DNA of 55,474 bases. Source: a virus (Duplodnaviria > Caudoviricetes). Positions 8,541-19,174 of this stretch are shown piece by piece. Both the position numbers and the translations under genes were made by a program. The notes under the pieces are model-generated. The model had not been told where the DNA came from, searched no databases, and saw only the letters and a program-made list of their open reading frames with translations. How positions within the stretch are numbered: position 1 is the stretch's first letter; each line of letters begins with the position of its first letter. Location: positions 1 to 55,474 of IMG/VR virus record IMGVR_UViG_3300037993_000105; one strand, written 5' to 3'.

Positions 8541-10928
8541 CTACTGTGCGCTCGCCAGCTGTGTCAATACATGCTTCGCGTACGCCTTAGACTGCCCTGC
8601 ATAATTATCAGAGTCTGGACTGTGCTTGGTATTTATGTAATCTTCCAGCGACAGATTCGCGTACTCAGGTCTGCTCTGGTCGAGCCGAATCTGCTGAACT
8701 GCCGCCTGTCTGCCCGTCTCGGGTGTAGCGAACTTTGCAAACACCTTGTTGCCGACCCTATAAGGAACAGCGTTAGACTGTCCTTTGTAGAGAAGGTTAA
8801 TGGGGTTGTTCAGTCGCACGTTGAGATTGTTAGGATGCCCGCCCTCAAAAGATGCCATCGCTGGCACCAACTTATCAGCAGGCAATTCTCCGAATGTTTG
8901 GTCGCTCATAGTTTGTGTGGGCTTTTCGGTGTGTATAGGTTCCCACTCTTGCGTGCCCGGTTGCGGCTGTGCTTGCACTGGTTCGGCCTGTTGCGATTGC
9001 GGGTTATAGATGTGACTTACAATACCGCCCTTGACCCCAGATGCGATCTTGCTGCGGACGCCCGCGGTTGCGGATGCTGTGTCCAGCCAGCTCGCGCCGT
9101 AACCAGATATTTTGCCGATGCCGCTAAGAACCTTCGGGTTAGTCATTGCGGCTTCAGCAAGCCCGCGTGAACCAAACCTGCCACCGAACGCAGCTCCCAG
9201 ACCCGCCAGAAGTTCTGCTGTTGAAACAATTTTGCCGCCGGTGTTGGCTACACCACTGAGTCCCAATGCGCCTGCTGTTCCTAACGCCAGCCCGGTGCCC
9301 AGACTCACAAACTTCACCTGATTGGTCAAAGACTTCATGCCGCCAACCATTGTGTCGAGTCTTTTGCCCAGCTCTGGCGCGCTTTCAAAAAGAGCATCAC
9401 GCGTCTGCTGGCTCATGCCCTGCCATCCCTTTACGACCTTATTCAAATCCAAATGGTTGGTTTCGTCGAGCGCACCCTTGACGATGTCCGCAAACTTGTT
9501 TACTCCGTACCCCGCCATCGTGTCATCACCTACGAGCCTCGACAAGACTTTGATCTTGTAGGGGGCGTTTGCGCCTGTCGTGATGTTCTGAAGGACATCA
9601 GAAGTCTTTTCATTGCGAATTGCTTTTATGAACGGCTCTTTCAAGTCGTTCACCGTTTGTTTGTACGCCGCGCGCGCGCTTGCATACTCACCGCTTGCGC
9701 CCGCGTTGAGACCATCCAACGTGTCGTCTATGCCATCCAGAAGGTGACCAATTGCCTGCTTATTTGCAGGATCGGCGGTTCGCAACGATCTGCTCAGACC
9801 TTGTCGTAGGTCAATGAGTGTGTCGCTGCTAAGACCTGCTTCAACACCTTTGGGGCCTGTGATGTACTCGACAAGTGCGTCCAATTGACTGGATGCGGGG
9901 GTCACTGCTTTCAACGCTCCCCGCAGTTCAGCAGGAAGGTTGGAATTGACACCCTTGAGGTCGAGTGCCGCCTGATAGAGCGGCGTGTCGCTGATAGCAA
10001 CGGGCGCTGCACCCATCTTCTCTTTCAATCCCGACAATGCAGTATCAAACGATGTGTGCATCTTGCTCTCAACGCTGTCCAGTGTATTGTTTAGAGTGGC
10101 TGAGACTTCTTGGGGCGTACGTACGTTTTGTTCGGCAAGGGTTTTCGCGCGGGCCACTGTTTCACCATTGACCCCTAGCTTTCCTAAAGAACTGACCACC
10201 TTACCAGCAACAGCTTTTGTGACAGCACTCACGCCAGCGGTCGCGCCGCCGAATGCCGCCATCGTTGCGCCCGCTTCGCCTGCAGTCTTTACACGCTCAC
10301 CCATTGGTGCCTGTGAGTTGCGCACGAAACTTTGTCCTGCTGCGATCATCGAATCCTTGGCGATGCTCAGCATCGTGGGATGACTCTCTAGATTCTTCGC
10401 CATCTGGGCGATTTTGCCCAACTTATCAGCACCCGACAACTCTCCCCAAGCCGCGCCGCCGAGTTCGGATACCAGCATAAACTCTGCGACCTGCTCAGCG
10501 CCGACACCAACCAATTTGTCGGCAGTAGTGCCAACAAGGCTGTTGGATTGCGTCTTCATTGCTTCGATGCCTTGATCATTGGTGTTGGTGGGAACCATCG
10601 CTGCGGCCTGACTGCCACCTAGCAAATAAGCCGCGGCTTTGTCCATGCCTACAGCATGCCCCGCCTTATTTGCAAGATCGGCGATGCCCGCGGATGTGTT
10701 CTCCGCAGACTTCAGGAAGTTCTCACCAATATTTCCAGCGTGTGAAACTACTGACTGGATTGCATCTTCAGACTTAGATAAATAGTCAGAAGCGGGCTTT
10801 TCACCAGCAACTTCCCATGTCGGCTGGGCAGGGGTCGGCTGGGCGGGATTCGCCTGTGCAGGTTGATTTGCTTGTGCGGGTTGTGATTGCGGTGCTGGTG
10901 TTTCGCTTTGAACCTGCCAATCGCTCAT
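8541..10928 (-). CDS. Ejection protein with C-terminal lysozyme-like (peptidoglycan hydrolase) domain
   Basis: Ala/Gly-rich helical body; C-terminal AMASFEG...NNPINL...FAKFATPETGRQA...LEDYI..Y typical of virion lysozyme-like domains; start MSDWQ. Confidence 0.7.
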   Translation of the reverse strand: MSDWQVQSETPAPQSQPAQANQPAQANPAQPTPAQPTWEVAGEKPASDYLSKSEDAIQSVVSHAGNIGENFLKSAENTSAGIADLANKAGHAVGMDKAAAYLLGGSQAAAMVPTNTNDQGIEAMKTQSNSLVGTTADKLVGVGAEQVAEFMLVSELGGAAWGELSGADKLGKIAQMAKNLESHPTMLSIAKDSMIAAGQSFVRNSQAPMGERVKTAGEAGATMAAFGGATAGVSAVTKAVAGKVVSSLGKLGVNGETVARAKTLAEQNVRTPQEVSATLNNTLDSVESKMHTSFDTALSGLKEKMGAAPVAISDTPLYQAALDLKGVNSNLPAELRGALKAVTPASSQLDALVEYITGPKGVEAGLSSDTLIDLRQGLSRSLRTADPANKQAIGHLLDGIDDTLDGLNAGASGEYASARAAYKQTVNDLKEPFIKAIRNEKTSDVLQNITTGANAPYKIKVLSRLVGDDTMAGYGVNKFADIVKGALDETNHLDLNKVVKGWQGMSQQTRDALFESAPELGKRLDTMVGGMKSLTNQVKFVSLGTGLALGTAGALGLSGVANTGGKIVSTAELLAGLGAAFGGRFGSRGLAEAAMTNPKVLSGIGKISGYGASWLDTASATAGVRSKIASGVKGGIVSHIYNPQSQQAEPVQAQPQPGTQEWEPIHTEKPTQTMSDQTFGELPADKLVPAMASFEGGHPNNLNVRLNNPINLLYKGQSNAVPYRVGNKVFAKFATPETGRQAAVQQIRLDQSRPEYANLSLEDYINTKHSPDSDNYAGQSKAYAKHVLTQLASAQ

Positions 10929-10929
10929 A

Positions 10930-13272
10930 TTATTGCCCCTGTGTCTGTTGAATCTGGACGGGTTTACCACCCTGCAATGACCACGTTTGTCCGTTCTTAA
11001 ACGTAGTGTGCACGCCTTCTTTCAAAAGACCGATGGGCGGTGCTTGCGCGGGTTGTCCTTGTGCTGGCTGCTTGCCACCGGATGTCAGCCCTTGCGGAAT
11101 TTGAATGCCCATTCTTTGAAGCGTTTGCACACCCTCTGGTGTAATGAGGTTCGGGTACGCAGTTCCAATGGTGTTGCTGTACTTACGACCGAGATTGTTC
11201 AGTCGGATTGACGCACTATTGCCCAACTGTTTCAACGCTCTTTCAATCTGGGCAGGAGAGGAGTTGTCGTCAAGCACAACATTCATGACCTTCAAATCAG
11301 ACTCATGCTCCGCACGGTTTTGGTTCAAGAACGTCATGAACTCCTTGCGCACGGGCTCAAGAGACGTAACGAATGCTGTATAATCGGGATCGTTCGCTGC
11401 GTTCTTCTCGATCCAGTTCAACGGTTTGTTGAGCAACGGTGACGGTGCGCCCGCGAGCAACTTAGCTCGCATGGTAGAAGTCGTATCCATCGCATCACCT
11501 GCGTGACCGAGAAACGTATTGAAGTTCACGAGTTGATCAGCATCCTTACCGCTGGCGAAGGAGTCAATGACTTTAGACTTTGCTACGAGGGCCGCTGGAG
11601 AGTAATCGTTCGGGTTCTTACCAGCCGCCACAGCAGCATCATGCAGAACGTCGAAGAATCGCGTTCGCTGGTTGCCTCGGAAGCTGACAATGTCACCTAT
11701 CCTGCTGAAGTCACCACCGAGAACGTTTTGGGCGGCGGAATACAGGTCGGCGTCCGTTTTGTCTTGTGTGGCTTTTGCTGTTTTGTCTTTTACATCCTGC
11801 TTGGTCTGGGCTACGTTGCCTTCCTGCTTTGCGTTGACATCAAGCAGTGCTTGTGCTGCGGCTTTTCGTGCCGGGGGTTCGGTGGGAGAAGCAACAATTG
11901 TTTCAGCTTGTGCCACGGTCAGTGGCTTGCCTGCATTGACAGCGGCGGACTTCGCCGTAACATGCTTCAGTTCCTCGCCATTGAGGAATTCTCCAACTTC
12001 GTCGGGCGACTTGCCCAACAGTTTGAAAATTTCTCCCGCTTGTCCAGAGTTTTGTAACTGTGAAAGCGCGTGCTCGGTCGTTTGTGTGTGTGCATTAGCA
12101 AGCGCGGTCACAGCATCTACAGACTGGCGGGTCAATGCTGGGTTGTCCCTGAATTTCTTGTTGAAATCGTTTTGGCTAAGCTGGTCTTTTTCATCGACGC
12201 CCAAGCCAACTTGCATCTGATGGACAAACTCATACGCGATGGTGGCGGCGTGCGCCTCTTTCTCATACTGTATAAACTTCGTTGAGTCAAGCGGCAGTGA
12301 ATCGCCTGAGGCGGTTCTGAGGTTCCCTTGTTCGTCAAAGAGTTGAGCAATAGCTGGGTTGGTCTTCGCCAACTGGGTCAATGCGTCTTTATTGACGTTG
12401 ACATTGCCAGACTTGACAAGGCTGTAAGTCGGCAAATGGTATTGCTGCCCGTTGGGCGCGGTGCGTGTCTCCCAACCATCCTGAACTGGGGAGAGCCCCA
12501 ACTTCACAAGATCGCCGCGCTGTTCCACAGACTCGTGGGACATCTTGCGGTCACCTGTAGCGACAAGTTGTTCGCCAGTATCTTTCTCAGTCTGTGCAAG
12601 GCTGTCGATTGCGGGCTGGTAGATGTCTTTGCTCTTAGTATAAAAGTCTTCCTTACCTGACCAATTATCCGCGTGCAGTTTGTCAATCGCTTGTTGGTTA
12701 CGGTACTCGTCCAACGTATTCTTCGTCGCCGCATACTGCCGCATCATCTGTTGGTCAGCCTGTTTCTGAGGGGCATTACGGAATGCCTCTTGCTGCTGTC
12801 CCTCAGCCTTGAATGCGCCGCCTGCCGCAGCAGCGACCTGTCCTGACCGACTGCCGTACTGTCCTTGCGGAACAGCCGCACCAGCAGCCCAGCCTTCCAT
12901 CATGGAACTGATCGCGCCTGCCAAAATGTGTCCTGTCAAACTGACACGAGACGACGCAGGAACATCACGAGTCACGCCGTCTGGACCTGTCACAGTCCTC
13001 GGCTTGTCTGACCCTGATGCCATGCGGTTGACAATCCTGTCGTACCAACTTGCTTTGGGCGCAGCGGGGGCACTCGGCTGACCTGACGGCTGTTGAGCAG
13101 TCGGGGCAGTCTTCGCGGGCATGCTGCTGGCGTCAGGAGCCTGCTGTACGGGCGTCTGGCCTGCGGGGCGCGCTGGCATATTCGCTGCTGTACTTGTGTC
13201 GGCGGGTGCTGCCGCTTGCGGCAAAGGCATCGCTGGCGTCGATTGATTGGGGTCTTGTGTAGGTTCTGACAT
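10930..13272 (-). CDS. Ejection/DNA transfer protein
   Basis: 780 aa, Ala/Gln-rich, position in a podovirus-type ejection cluster. Confidence 0.65.
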   Translation of the reverse strand: MSEPTQDPNQSTPAMPLPQAAAPADTSTAANMPARPAGQTPVQQAPDASSMPAKTAPTAQQPSGQPSAPAAPKASWYDRIVNRMASGSDKPRTVTGPDGVTRDVPASSRVSLTGHILAGAISSMMEGWAAGAAVPQGQYGSRSGQVAAAAGGAFKAEGQQQEAFRNAPQKQADQQMMRQYAATKNTLDEYRNQQAIDKLHADNWSGKEDFYTKSKDIYQPAIDSLAQTEKDTGEQLVATGDRKMSHESVEQRGDLVKLGLSPVQDGWETRTAPNGQQYHLPTYSLVKSGNVNVNKDALTQLAKTNPAIAQLFDEQGNLRTASGDSLPLDSTKFIQYEKEAHAATIAYEFVHQMQVGLGVDEKDQLSQNDFNKKFRDNPALTRQSVDAVTALANAHTQTTEHALSQLQNSGQAGEIFKLLGKSPDEVGEFLNGEELKHVTAKSAAVNAGKPLTVAQAETIVASPTEPPARKAAAQALLDVNAKQEGNVAQTKQDVKDKTAKATQDKTDADLYSAAQNVLGGDFSRIGDIVSFRGNQRTRFFDVLHDAAVAAGKNPNDYSPAALVAKSKVIDSFASGKDADQLVNFNTFLGHAGDAMDTTSTMRAKLLAGAPSPLLNKPLNWIEKNAANDPDYTAFVTSLEPVRKEFMTFLNQNRAEHESDLKVMNVVLDDNSSPAQIERALKQLGNSASIRLNNLGRKYSNTIGTAYPNLITPEGVQTLQRMGIQIPQGLTSGGKQPAQGQPAQAPPIGLLKEGVHTTFKNGQTWSLQGGKPVQIQQTQGQ

Positions 13273-13295
13273 ATAGCTCCTAAATTTAGCTTACC

Positions 13296-13907
13296 TTATT
13301 TCTTTATCGCTGCGGCTCCGAGTGAACCAGCAGCGCCAATTCCAGCCGCAAGCAATGGTTGCCACCAATTTGATTGTGAATCAATCATTTGTTGCGATGA
13401 TACGGCTTCCTTGTTTGCATCGTTCGCAGAATTTGTAGCGTTTGTCGCCGCGTTAAACATGTTAGGTGCTGCTTCCTCGCCGGTGATGGCACCAAAGTAA
13501 TTCTGATTGCCCTGTTGGAAGTCGGCAACAGTGGCCTGTTCTTCTTGCTGGCTTTTCGTTGCCTCGACTGCTTGATTTGTTTGCAGGTTGACGGCTGTCG
13601 CAAGTCCAGATGGACTGACTGTGTTGCCGCCGCCAATAGCACTGACAGCATTGCCGACAGCGGACTTCTCGTTACGCGCGCTAGTTGCCGCATTGTTCAC
13701 GATTTGTGAGTCGACAGCACTTGTTTCTGCCGCCCCCCAGCCCTGCTGTCCCGGCCCCGCAGCCACAATTTTACCCAAAGAGGCGGTGACTGAGTTAAAC
13801 AGTCCGCTTACATCTCCAAAAACTTGCTTGGCCTGAGATTCCACTGTGCTGGCGAAACTCTGGATGTTACTGTTGAGTGCTTTTTCCGCAGACGAAGGTC
13901 CACACAT
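13296..13907 (-). CDS. Small ejection protein (P22 gp7 / T7 gp14-like position)
   Basis: MCG start, Ala/Asn/Ser-rich, hydrophobic Gly/Ala C-terminal segment. Confidence 0.6.
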   Translation of the reverse strand: MCGPSSAEKALNSNIQSFASTVESQAKQVFGDVSGLFNSVTASLGKIVAAGPGQQGWGAAETSAVDSQIVNNAATSARNEKSAVGNAVSAIGGGNTVSPSGLATAVNLQTNQAVEATKSQQEEQATVADFQQGNQNYFGAITGEEAAPNMFNAATNATNSANDANKEAVSSQQMIDSQSNWWQPLLAAGIGAAGSLGAAAIKK

Positions 13908-13909
13908 AG

Positions 13910-14308
13910 TTACCTGCCTTCCAAATCTAAAACGTACTCATCATTGCCGATGGCCCGAAATTTCAAAACCTTCGTACAAAAATTAGACAATCTGTCGTGA
14001 GTAGTAGAAAATATCAACTGTTTAAATCCGACAGCAGCCGCCCTATCCGCGGCGCTGTGTGCTATGAGTACTAAGGCACGGGCGTTACGATGAATCTCGT
14101 ATGGCGTTACCCACATAGTCGAGACTCGCAGCCTCGCATCAGGCTCAGGACCGTAATGCACGAAGACGATTATGCCGTGGGAGTCTTCGAACAATTCGCT
14201 TGTTCCCCGAAAGTCCTCTACCTTCCACTCGCCCGGATGGAACTTGTCAGCCTCGATGGCCGCTTTTAATACGGGCAGGTCATCGGTATAAATCGGTCTG
14301 TTGGTCAT
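13910..14308 (-). CDS. GNAT-like virion assembly protein (P22 gp14-like position)
   Basis: 132 aa between tail and ejection genes; A...GFKQLIF.T....L..F...L.F pattern. Confidence 0.5.
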   Translation of the reverse strand: MTNRPIYTDDLPVLKAAIEADKFHPGEWKVEDFRGTSELFEDSHGIIVFVHYGPEPDARLRVSTMWVTPYEIHRNARALVLIAHSAADRAAAVGFKQLIFSTTHDRLSNFCTKVLKFRAIGNDEYVLDLEGR

Positions 14309-15021
14309 TCTGACTCCAATGGTAGCAGAACCAACGTCAATGTCGGTTGGACGGACGTTTCGGCACTCAGATTGATGACCGTCATGTACAGGTTGGTGCT
14401 TTGAGGTGTATCACTGTTCGCGCCCACCCTGTTCTGCCAGTTCCACTTCAGTGGTGATGTATCAAGTACAATGTCACTGATTAAATTGTTGCCCAACTCG
14501 GCGGGTAGCGGGGCGTCCGTCGCCCGCGCGCTATCCGCGACTTGTGCAGCAGCACTCCCGTACAGCCGCACCTCGCAGGGCGCGGTCGACGTGCAGGAGA
14601 TCAGTTGAAATGATTTTGCCGAAAGGGTAAGTGATTTTAACACCTGTCCACCTACCGACAGCAAGGGTGCCACGTAAGAAACGCTCGTAGCCACCAACGC
14701 GCCAGAACTTCCGCCAGCACTCGTGCCGCTCGCCGCCTGCTGTACGATTGTCGTGTTGGTTGTTGTGGTGCCGCCACCGATACCTGTGTTAGCAGGAAGC
14801 GGAAGAACTCTGCGATGGGGTACGTCAGAATTCTCGTTGAACTGTCGCAGCGTGTCCGGTCCCGCGTTAATTGGCGGGAGCGGACATCGCAAGTAGGGGT
14901 TAATCTTCGCCTGTCCTGACTGATTCGTTTGAGCTACAGGTGCAGGAAGCGCTATTTTTGGGGGTGCAGGTGCGTACCCCTCTGGGCTAGTGCTTCTCAG
15001 TGTGTCAGAAAGTGACGGCAT
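14305..15021 (-). CDS. Putative tail/virion structural protein
   Basis: Pro-rich N-terminus, Thr/Gly linker, beta-rich C-terminus; synteny. Confidence 0.55.
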   Translation of the reverse strand: MPSLSDTLRSTSPEGYAPAPPKIALPAPVAQTNQSGQAKINPYLRCPLPPINAGPDTLRQFNENSDVPHRRVLPLPANTGIGGGTTTTNTTIVQQAASGTSAGGSSGALVATSVSYVAPLLSVGGQVLKSLTLSAKSFQLISCTSTAPCEVRLYGSAAAQVADSARATDAPLPAELGNNLISDIVLDTSPLKWNWQNRVGANSDTPQSTNLYMTVINLSAETSVQPTLTLVLLPLESE

Positions 15022-15029
15022 GTTTACTC

Positions 15030-18000
15030 CTATTGCTCGACCTCATACGCTCCCCAAACGGAGAACGTCTGTAATTCGTTCTGGGCGTTTTCGGCGGGCC
15101 ACTGAACCATGATCTGCATGTCGGAGCAGTACGCTGCTTCGTCAGGATCATCCGAAAGGTAGAATCGTTGTTTGAAGAACGACTTACTCTCAGGTAATCC
15201 GGGAGGGTCGGTCACCCACTTCTTTATCATATTGAACGAGCCCTTGTAATAAGGCAAGGCTTCGTCAATCAACAAGCCGATGATAAGTGGTGAACCTGTA
15301 CGTACGGAGGTAGTTGTGATGAACGCAATCTTTGCCACCTGTCCGGGGAGTGCGAAGACGTACGAACCAAACACCGCGTATGCAGGGTATGGGTTTCCGT
15401 TTGCGCCTGTCGTGCCCCCGTCAGTTGTTGCGTCCAAGTCTCGTGCGAGAATGGGGCCGGTACCTAGTGGCCCGATAAGTAGTGAGTGCACACCCGGCGA
15501 TGTTTGAACCGACTGCATTGCCGAAATGCCGCCCGCGACTGTAGCGAACGGGCTCCAACAGTTACCAATTTCGGGAGACGGTGTTGCGATCAGTTTGTAC
15601 CAACCAAACTGGCCGTCGCCTACAAACCAACCTTGATCTTCACCGAAGGTGTACCATGTTACATACACGTCCGCGGTGTTCCAAGACTGGCCGGGCTTTC
15701 CATTATTCAACCGGAACTGGTCGCCGATGGGGCTACCCGCGTAACTCAAACCTGCACTTGGATCGAATATCAGGAATTGCTTGTCAGTCGTGAAGAACCC
15801 AATGATCGACCCGTTTATGTCCAATGCGTTGTAATTCGCGAGGCCCACACCTGTGAGGTACGGGATGGCGGGAAGGATAGGGTTGTTTGCCGTTCCATTG
15901 CCTGCAATGATGTAGATGTCCGAGATCGTAAACACCAACATGCCAATTGCGGTAGGCACGAGGCGCACAACGCGCGAGGGCAGTACATCAAAGTTGAGCG
16001 GACTGGTTCCGTTGCCGTTTCCGGACGGAGCGTTCGCACCTGAGGTGTAATAGACGATGGTGCCGACACTGTACCACAGTCTGCCGAGGTGATAAGAGAC
16101 GTTGACTGCGCCGGGTGTTGGCGGGGTATTTTCTCCCGCATCTGCACCCTGAATCAGTTCATCCAAATCTACGTCAGCGGTCGAGTCAGTAAATCCATCT
16201 TGCAAATAGGTTGTCAGTGGCAGCGTCCAGTACGAGTTCCCAAGGCCCGAAACGAGCAGTGGAGTAGCGCCGCCATCCGTTGTACGGAATATGGCGACAT
16301 AGTCCACCTGAGGGTCAAGCGTACTTAGGTTGATGCCTGAACCCGGCAGAATGACAGGGTTTCCATTGACCGGACCTGTGCCTAGACTTACAGGACTGAG
16401 GTTGGAAACCGTGTTGTCCAATGTGTTGACCAATGCGATCCAGTACAGCCAACCCTGATCGGTGGTCGCTAGAATTGCACCAGCCACGGGCGTAATCGGT
16501 GGAAGCGGCCCTTCATTGATCCAATTCAGCGGTTGCACGTCAGGTGTGATGGAGTAAAGTCCACTCTGCCATGTCGGTGCGGTCAGTCCCGAAATTCCGC
16601 TTTCATATGCGAAATACTCGTCCGTAAGTTCAACTACAGCCGTTTCGGCGGTTGTGACGTTGATGCCCGCCTCCCATGCAAATGAGGTGACCGGACCAAG
16701 ATTCGCCCATATCAACTCTGTGCCTTGGAATGCGCCATTGCTGAAGTTTCGGAAACTGCCTACCGCATTGTTCGTGATCTCAGGCGCGATAGGGAAGTTG
16801 TTGGTTGCCGCAGGTGCTGTAGTGAATCCTGTAGATGCAAATGCAGGACTGGTTGATGCGCTCTCAAACCACGGCTGTGCTGTAGCGGCTTCGGGAACGA
16901 TCAGCGCGCCGTTCGCACCGACCATGAAAGATACATGGTCGAAACTTCCGCCACCAGAGTTCTTACCATAGCAGAACTCTATGCCGAAAACTCCAGCAGT
17001 AGGAAACGCAATGGTGATCTGCATTATTTGGTCGTTGTTCGCGCCATTCCAGCCACCGAGGATCGGATAGCCGTTCCACGGGGTGACCGTTTGCGTGCCC
17101 CAACCAACACCAGTCGGGGGAGGAGCAGTGCTTGCAGGAACGCTTTCATCTGTGCCGGTCGTGCCTGCAGTGTATGTCGCGCCTGCGGCTGTTTCGACGC
17201 CAAACCATGCGGCATCGCTAGCCTTGATAGTAAAGACAACGGATATGCCGCCCACGGGGATTCTGATCTTTCCCCATTGTAGAAATTCGAAATTCGGACC
17301 ACTTGGTGTAAACGGTGTGCTGTCCGCGCTCGCACTCATTTCGCCTGCGGTCGACACATTGTACAACTGCATCGGACTTGATTCGCTGCCGTAATAGTTC
17401 CACATCAACGAAGTCAAACCATGTGCAACAGCATCAGGAGCGACAGCGGTGTGCGATGTTTTGTCAACAGGATTGCCGACTGAGCCGCCATATACCACGT
17501 CAATGAAGTTGCCGGTCGCGCCTGAATTGTATCCACAGTGATCGAAAAATGCTGCCGACCATCCGATGTATGGGGTCGTGAGGTCTGCTCCTGAGAAGTA
17601 CGGAGCAGTTTGTCCGCTCAGTGCTCCACCGAAAGTTGCGGAGATAGGAATGCTAGTCGGTCCAGATAATTGCCCGATGTTTCGTTGGGCTTGGAATACG
17701 CAGGGCACGCCCCCAGCGTTCGCAATGACGAGTGAATCTGGCGCATAGTCGTAATTGTTCGGAATGAACGTACCGACTTGGTACACAACGTCGTTGATGG
17801 TGACAGTGCCGGGAGTCCACGGGTAAGCGCCCGCGTATTCGCCGTCATTGTAGAGCGTGTGTGCTGCCCATGTTCCGGGCTGTGTTGTCAGTGCCGTAAA
17901 TGTAGCAGTGCCTGTGCCGAAGGTCGCCCCAGTTGTTCCGGGCGTCGTGACCTGATACCATGTGCCAGCGTTCTGAATGAGTCCAGAGATGGCATAGTAT

Positions 18001-19166
18001 GTGTTAGGTTGCCACTTGGTGAAGGTAGAATTAGCCTCCGTCGTAGTCACCGCGGTTGTGGGCGCAGCGATGGCCCAATTCTCTACAGTAGAACCACGAT
18101 TGACCCAGATGACGTTTCCGTCAAGAATGATGTTGCCTGTCGGCGAGGTCGCGCCCCAGTTATTGCTCGTATTCGGGACGTACGCAGCCCACGCGGGCAC
18201 AGTCGCGCCTGTCTTTGCGATGACAGGTGTCGATCCGATCTGGGTCAAATATCCTGTGTCGACGGTTGCCGCATAGGTCATATGCGCGGTAGGTACCTCA
18301 ATGTTCGCAGTGACGGTAAAGCTTGTGTCGCTGAGCGTGATTGCTTCCAACGCTGTAATGACAACCCCGTTTAACCACGTCGCCGTGTCAAGCCCCCACA
18401 GTTGGAACGAAGCGCCGATGGCGTTCGCATCAAGCGGGTAGGATATGCCTGTGGTGTTGGGCAGTCCTGTGCTGTTACATGTCAGTGTCAGTAAGCCATC
18501 AGCGACCGTGACCTCTGTGATGTTGGCGGCGGCGATGGCAATGAGCTGTTGAATATTCTGGGTATTTGTAGTCGCGGAAATCGCACCCGTCAGCATGTAC
18601 GTGCTGAAGAACGGGTATGCGCCCGAGCTGCCGTCCACTCCTTGAAATTCAAAACTTGGAGCCCACGAGATCAAAGATTGGAGCCATTTCTTGTTGTCCG
18701 TTCCGTTAGAAAAATACAACTCATTGCCGACGGCCTGCATGTATGTCTGGCCTGTCGCTGCGGCGTCACCGAACACGAACTGCTTGACACCTGCGAGAGT
18801 CGCATACAGGGAGCCGGGCTCCGCAATCATCGTGAAAATTTCTTCGAGAGTCGTTCCGAACGCGTCAGCTGTGGCTTTGTTGACAATGAAATCGTCGAAC
18901 GCAAGGACATCTGTCCAACTGTTGGTGTCGAACGTAGGACTACCCGGACGCCGAATGAGCGTCAGCCGGTTGGAGACCTCGACGTTGGAGCCTGCTATCA
19001 TTACGTCGCCGTAACTGAGTTTGTAGAATTGTTCATACAAACTGTTCAGCGTGCCACGAAGCGGCGAACGGTTGGTGACCAGTCCGTTGAAGATTCTCCC
19101 GGTGTAAATAGGGGCGTACTTCGGGCTTTTTTGCGGTTGACCACCTGCGCCTTGAATCTGTGACAT
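15030..19166 (-). CDS. Tail nozzle/stabilisation protein (P22 gp10 / tubular B-like) with large inserted beta-rich domains
   Basis: 1378 aa; NVEVS..LTLIRRPG N-terminus, propeller-like segments (HLGRLWY..G..VYYT); central W.PNT.Y repeats and PA14-like IKASDAAWFG...GVFGIEFCY. Confidence 0.7.
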   Translation of the reverse strand: MSQIQGAGGQPQKSPKYAPIYTGRIFNGLVTNRSPLRGTLNSLYEQFYKLSYGDVMIAGSNVEVSNRLTLIRRPGSPTFDTNSWTDVLAFDDFIVNKATADAFGTTLEEIFTMIAEPGSLYATLAGVKQFVFGDAAATGQTYMQAVGNELYFSNGTDNKKWLQSLISWAPSFEFQGVDGSSGAYPFFSTYMLTGAISATTNTQNIQQLIAIAAANITEVTVADGLLTLTCNSTGLPNTTGISYPLDANAIGASFQLWGLDTATWLNGVVITALEAITLSDTSFTVTANIEVPTAHMTYAATVDTGYLTQIGSTPVIAKTGATVPAWAAYVPNTSNNWGATSPTGNIILDGNVIWVNRGSTVENWAIAAPTTAVTTTEANSTFTKWQPNTYYAISGLIQNAGTWYQVTTPGTTGATFGTGTATFTALTTQPGTWAAHTLYNDGEYAGAYPWTPGTVTINDVVYQVGTFIPNNYDYAPDSLVIANAGGVPCVFQAQRNIGQLSGPTSIPISATFGGALSGQTAPYFSGADLTTPYIGWSAAFFDHCGYNSGATGNFIDVVYGGSVGNPVDKTSHTAVAPDAVAHGLTSLMWNYYGSESSPMQLYNVSTAGEMSASADSTPFTPSGPNFEFLQWGKIRIPVGGISVVFTIKASDAAWFGVETAAGATYTAGTTGTDESVPASTAPPPTGVGWGTQTVTPWNGYPILGGWNGANNDQIMQITIAFPTAGVFGIEFCYGKNSGGGSFDHVSFMVGANGALIVPEAATAQPWFESASTSPAFASTGFTTAPAATNNFPIAPEITNNAVGSFRNFSNGAFQGTELIWANLGPVTSFAWEAGINVTTAETAVVELTDEYFAYESGISGLTAPTWQSGLYSITPDVQPLNWINEGPLPPITPVAGAILATTDQGWLYWIALVNTLDNTVSNLSPVSLGTGPVNGNPVILPGSGINLSTLDPQVDYVAIFRTTDGGATPLLVSGLGNSYWTLPLTTYLQDGFTDSTADVDLDELIQGADAGENTPPTPGAVNVSYHLGRLWYSVGTIVYYTSGANAPSGNGNGTSPLNFDVLPSRVVRLVPTAIGMLVFTISDIYIIAGNGTANNPILPAIPYLTGVGLANYNALDINGSIIGFFTTDKQFLIFDPSAGLSYAGSPIGDQFRLNNGKPGQSWNTADVYVTWYTFGEDQGWFVGDGQFGWYKLIATPSPEIGNCWSPFATVAGGISAMQSVQTSPGVHSLLIGPLGTGPILARDLDATTDGGTTGANGNPYPAYAVFGSYVFALPGQVAKIAFITTTSVRTGSPLIIGLLIDEALPYYKGSFNMIKKWVTDPPGLPESKSFFKQRFYLSDDPDEAAYCSDMQIMVQWPAENAQNELQTFSVWGAYEVEQ

Positions 19167-19174
19167 AGAACTCC

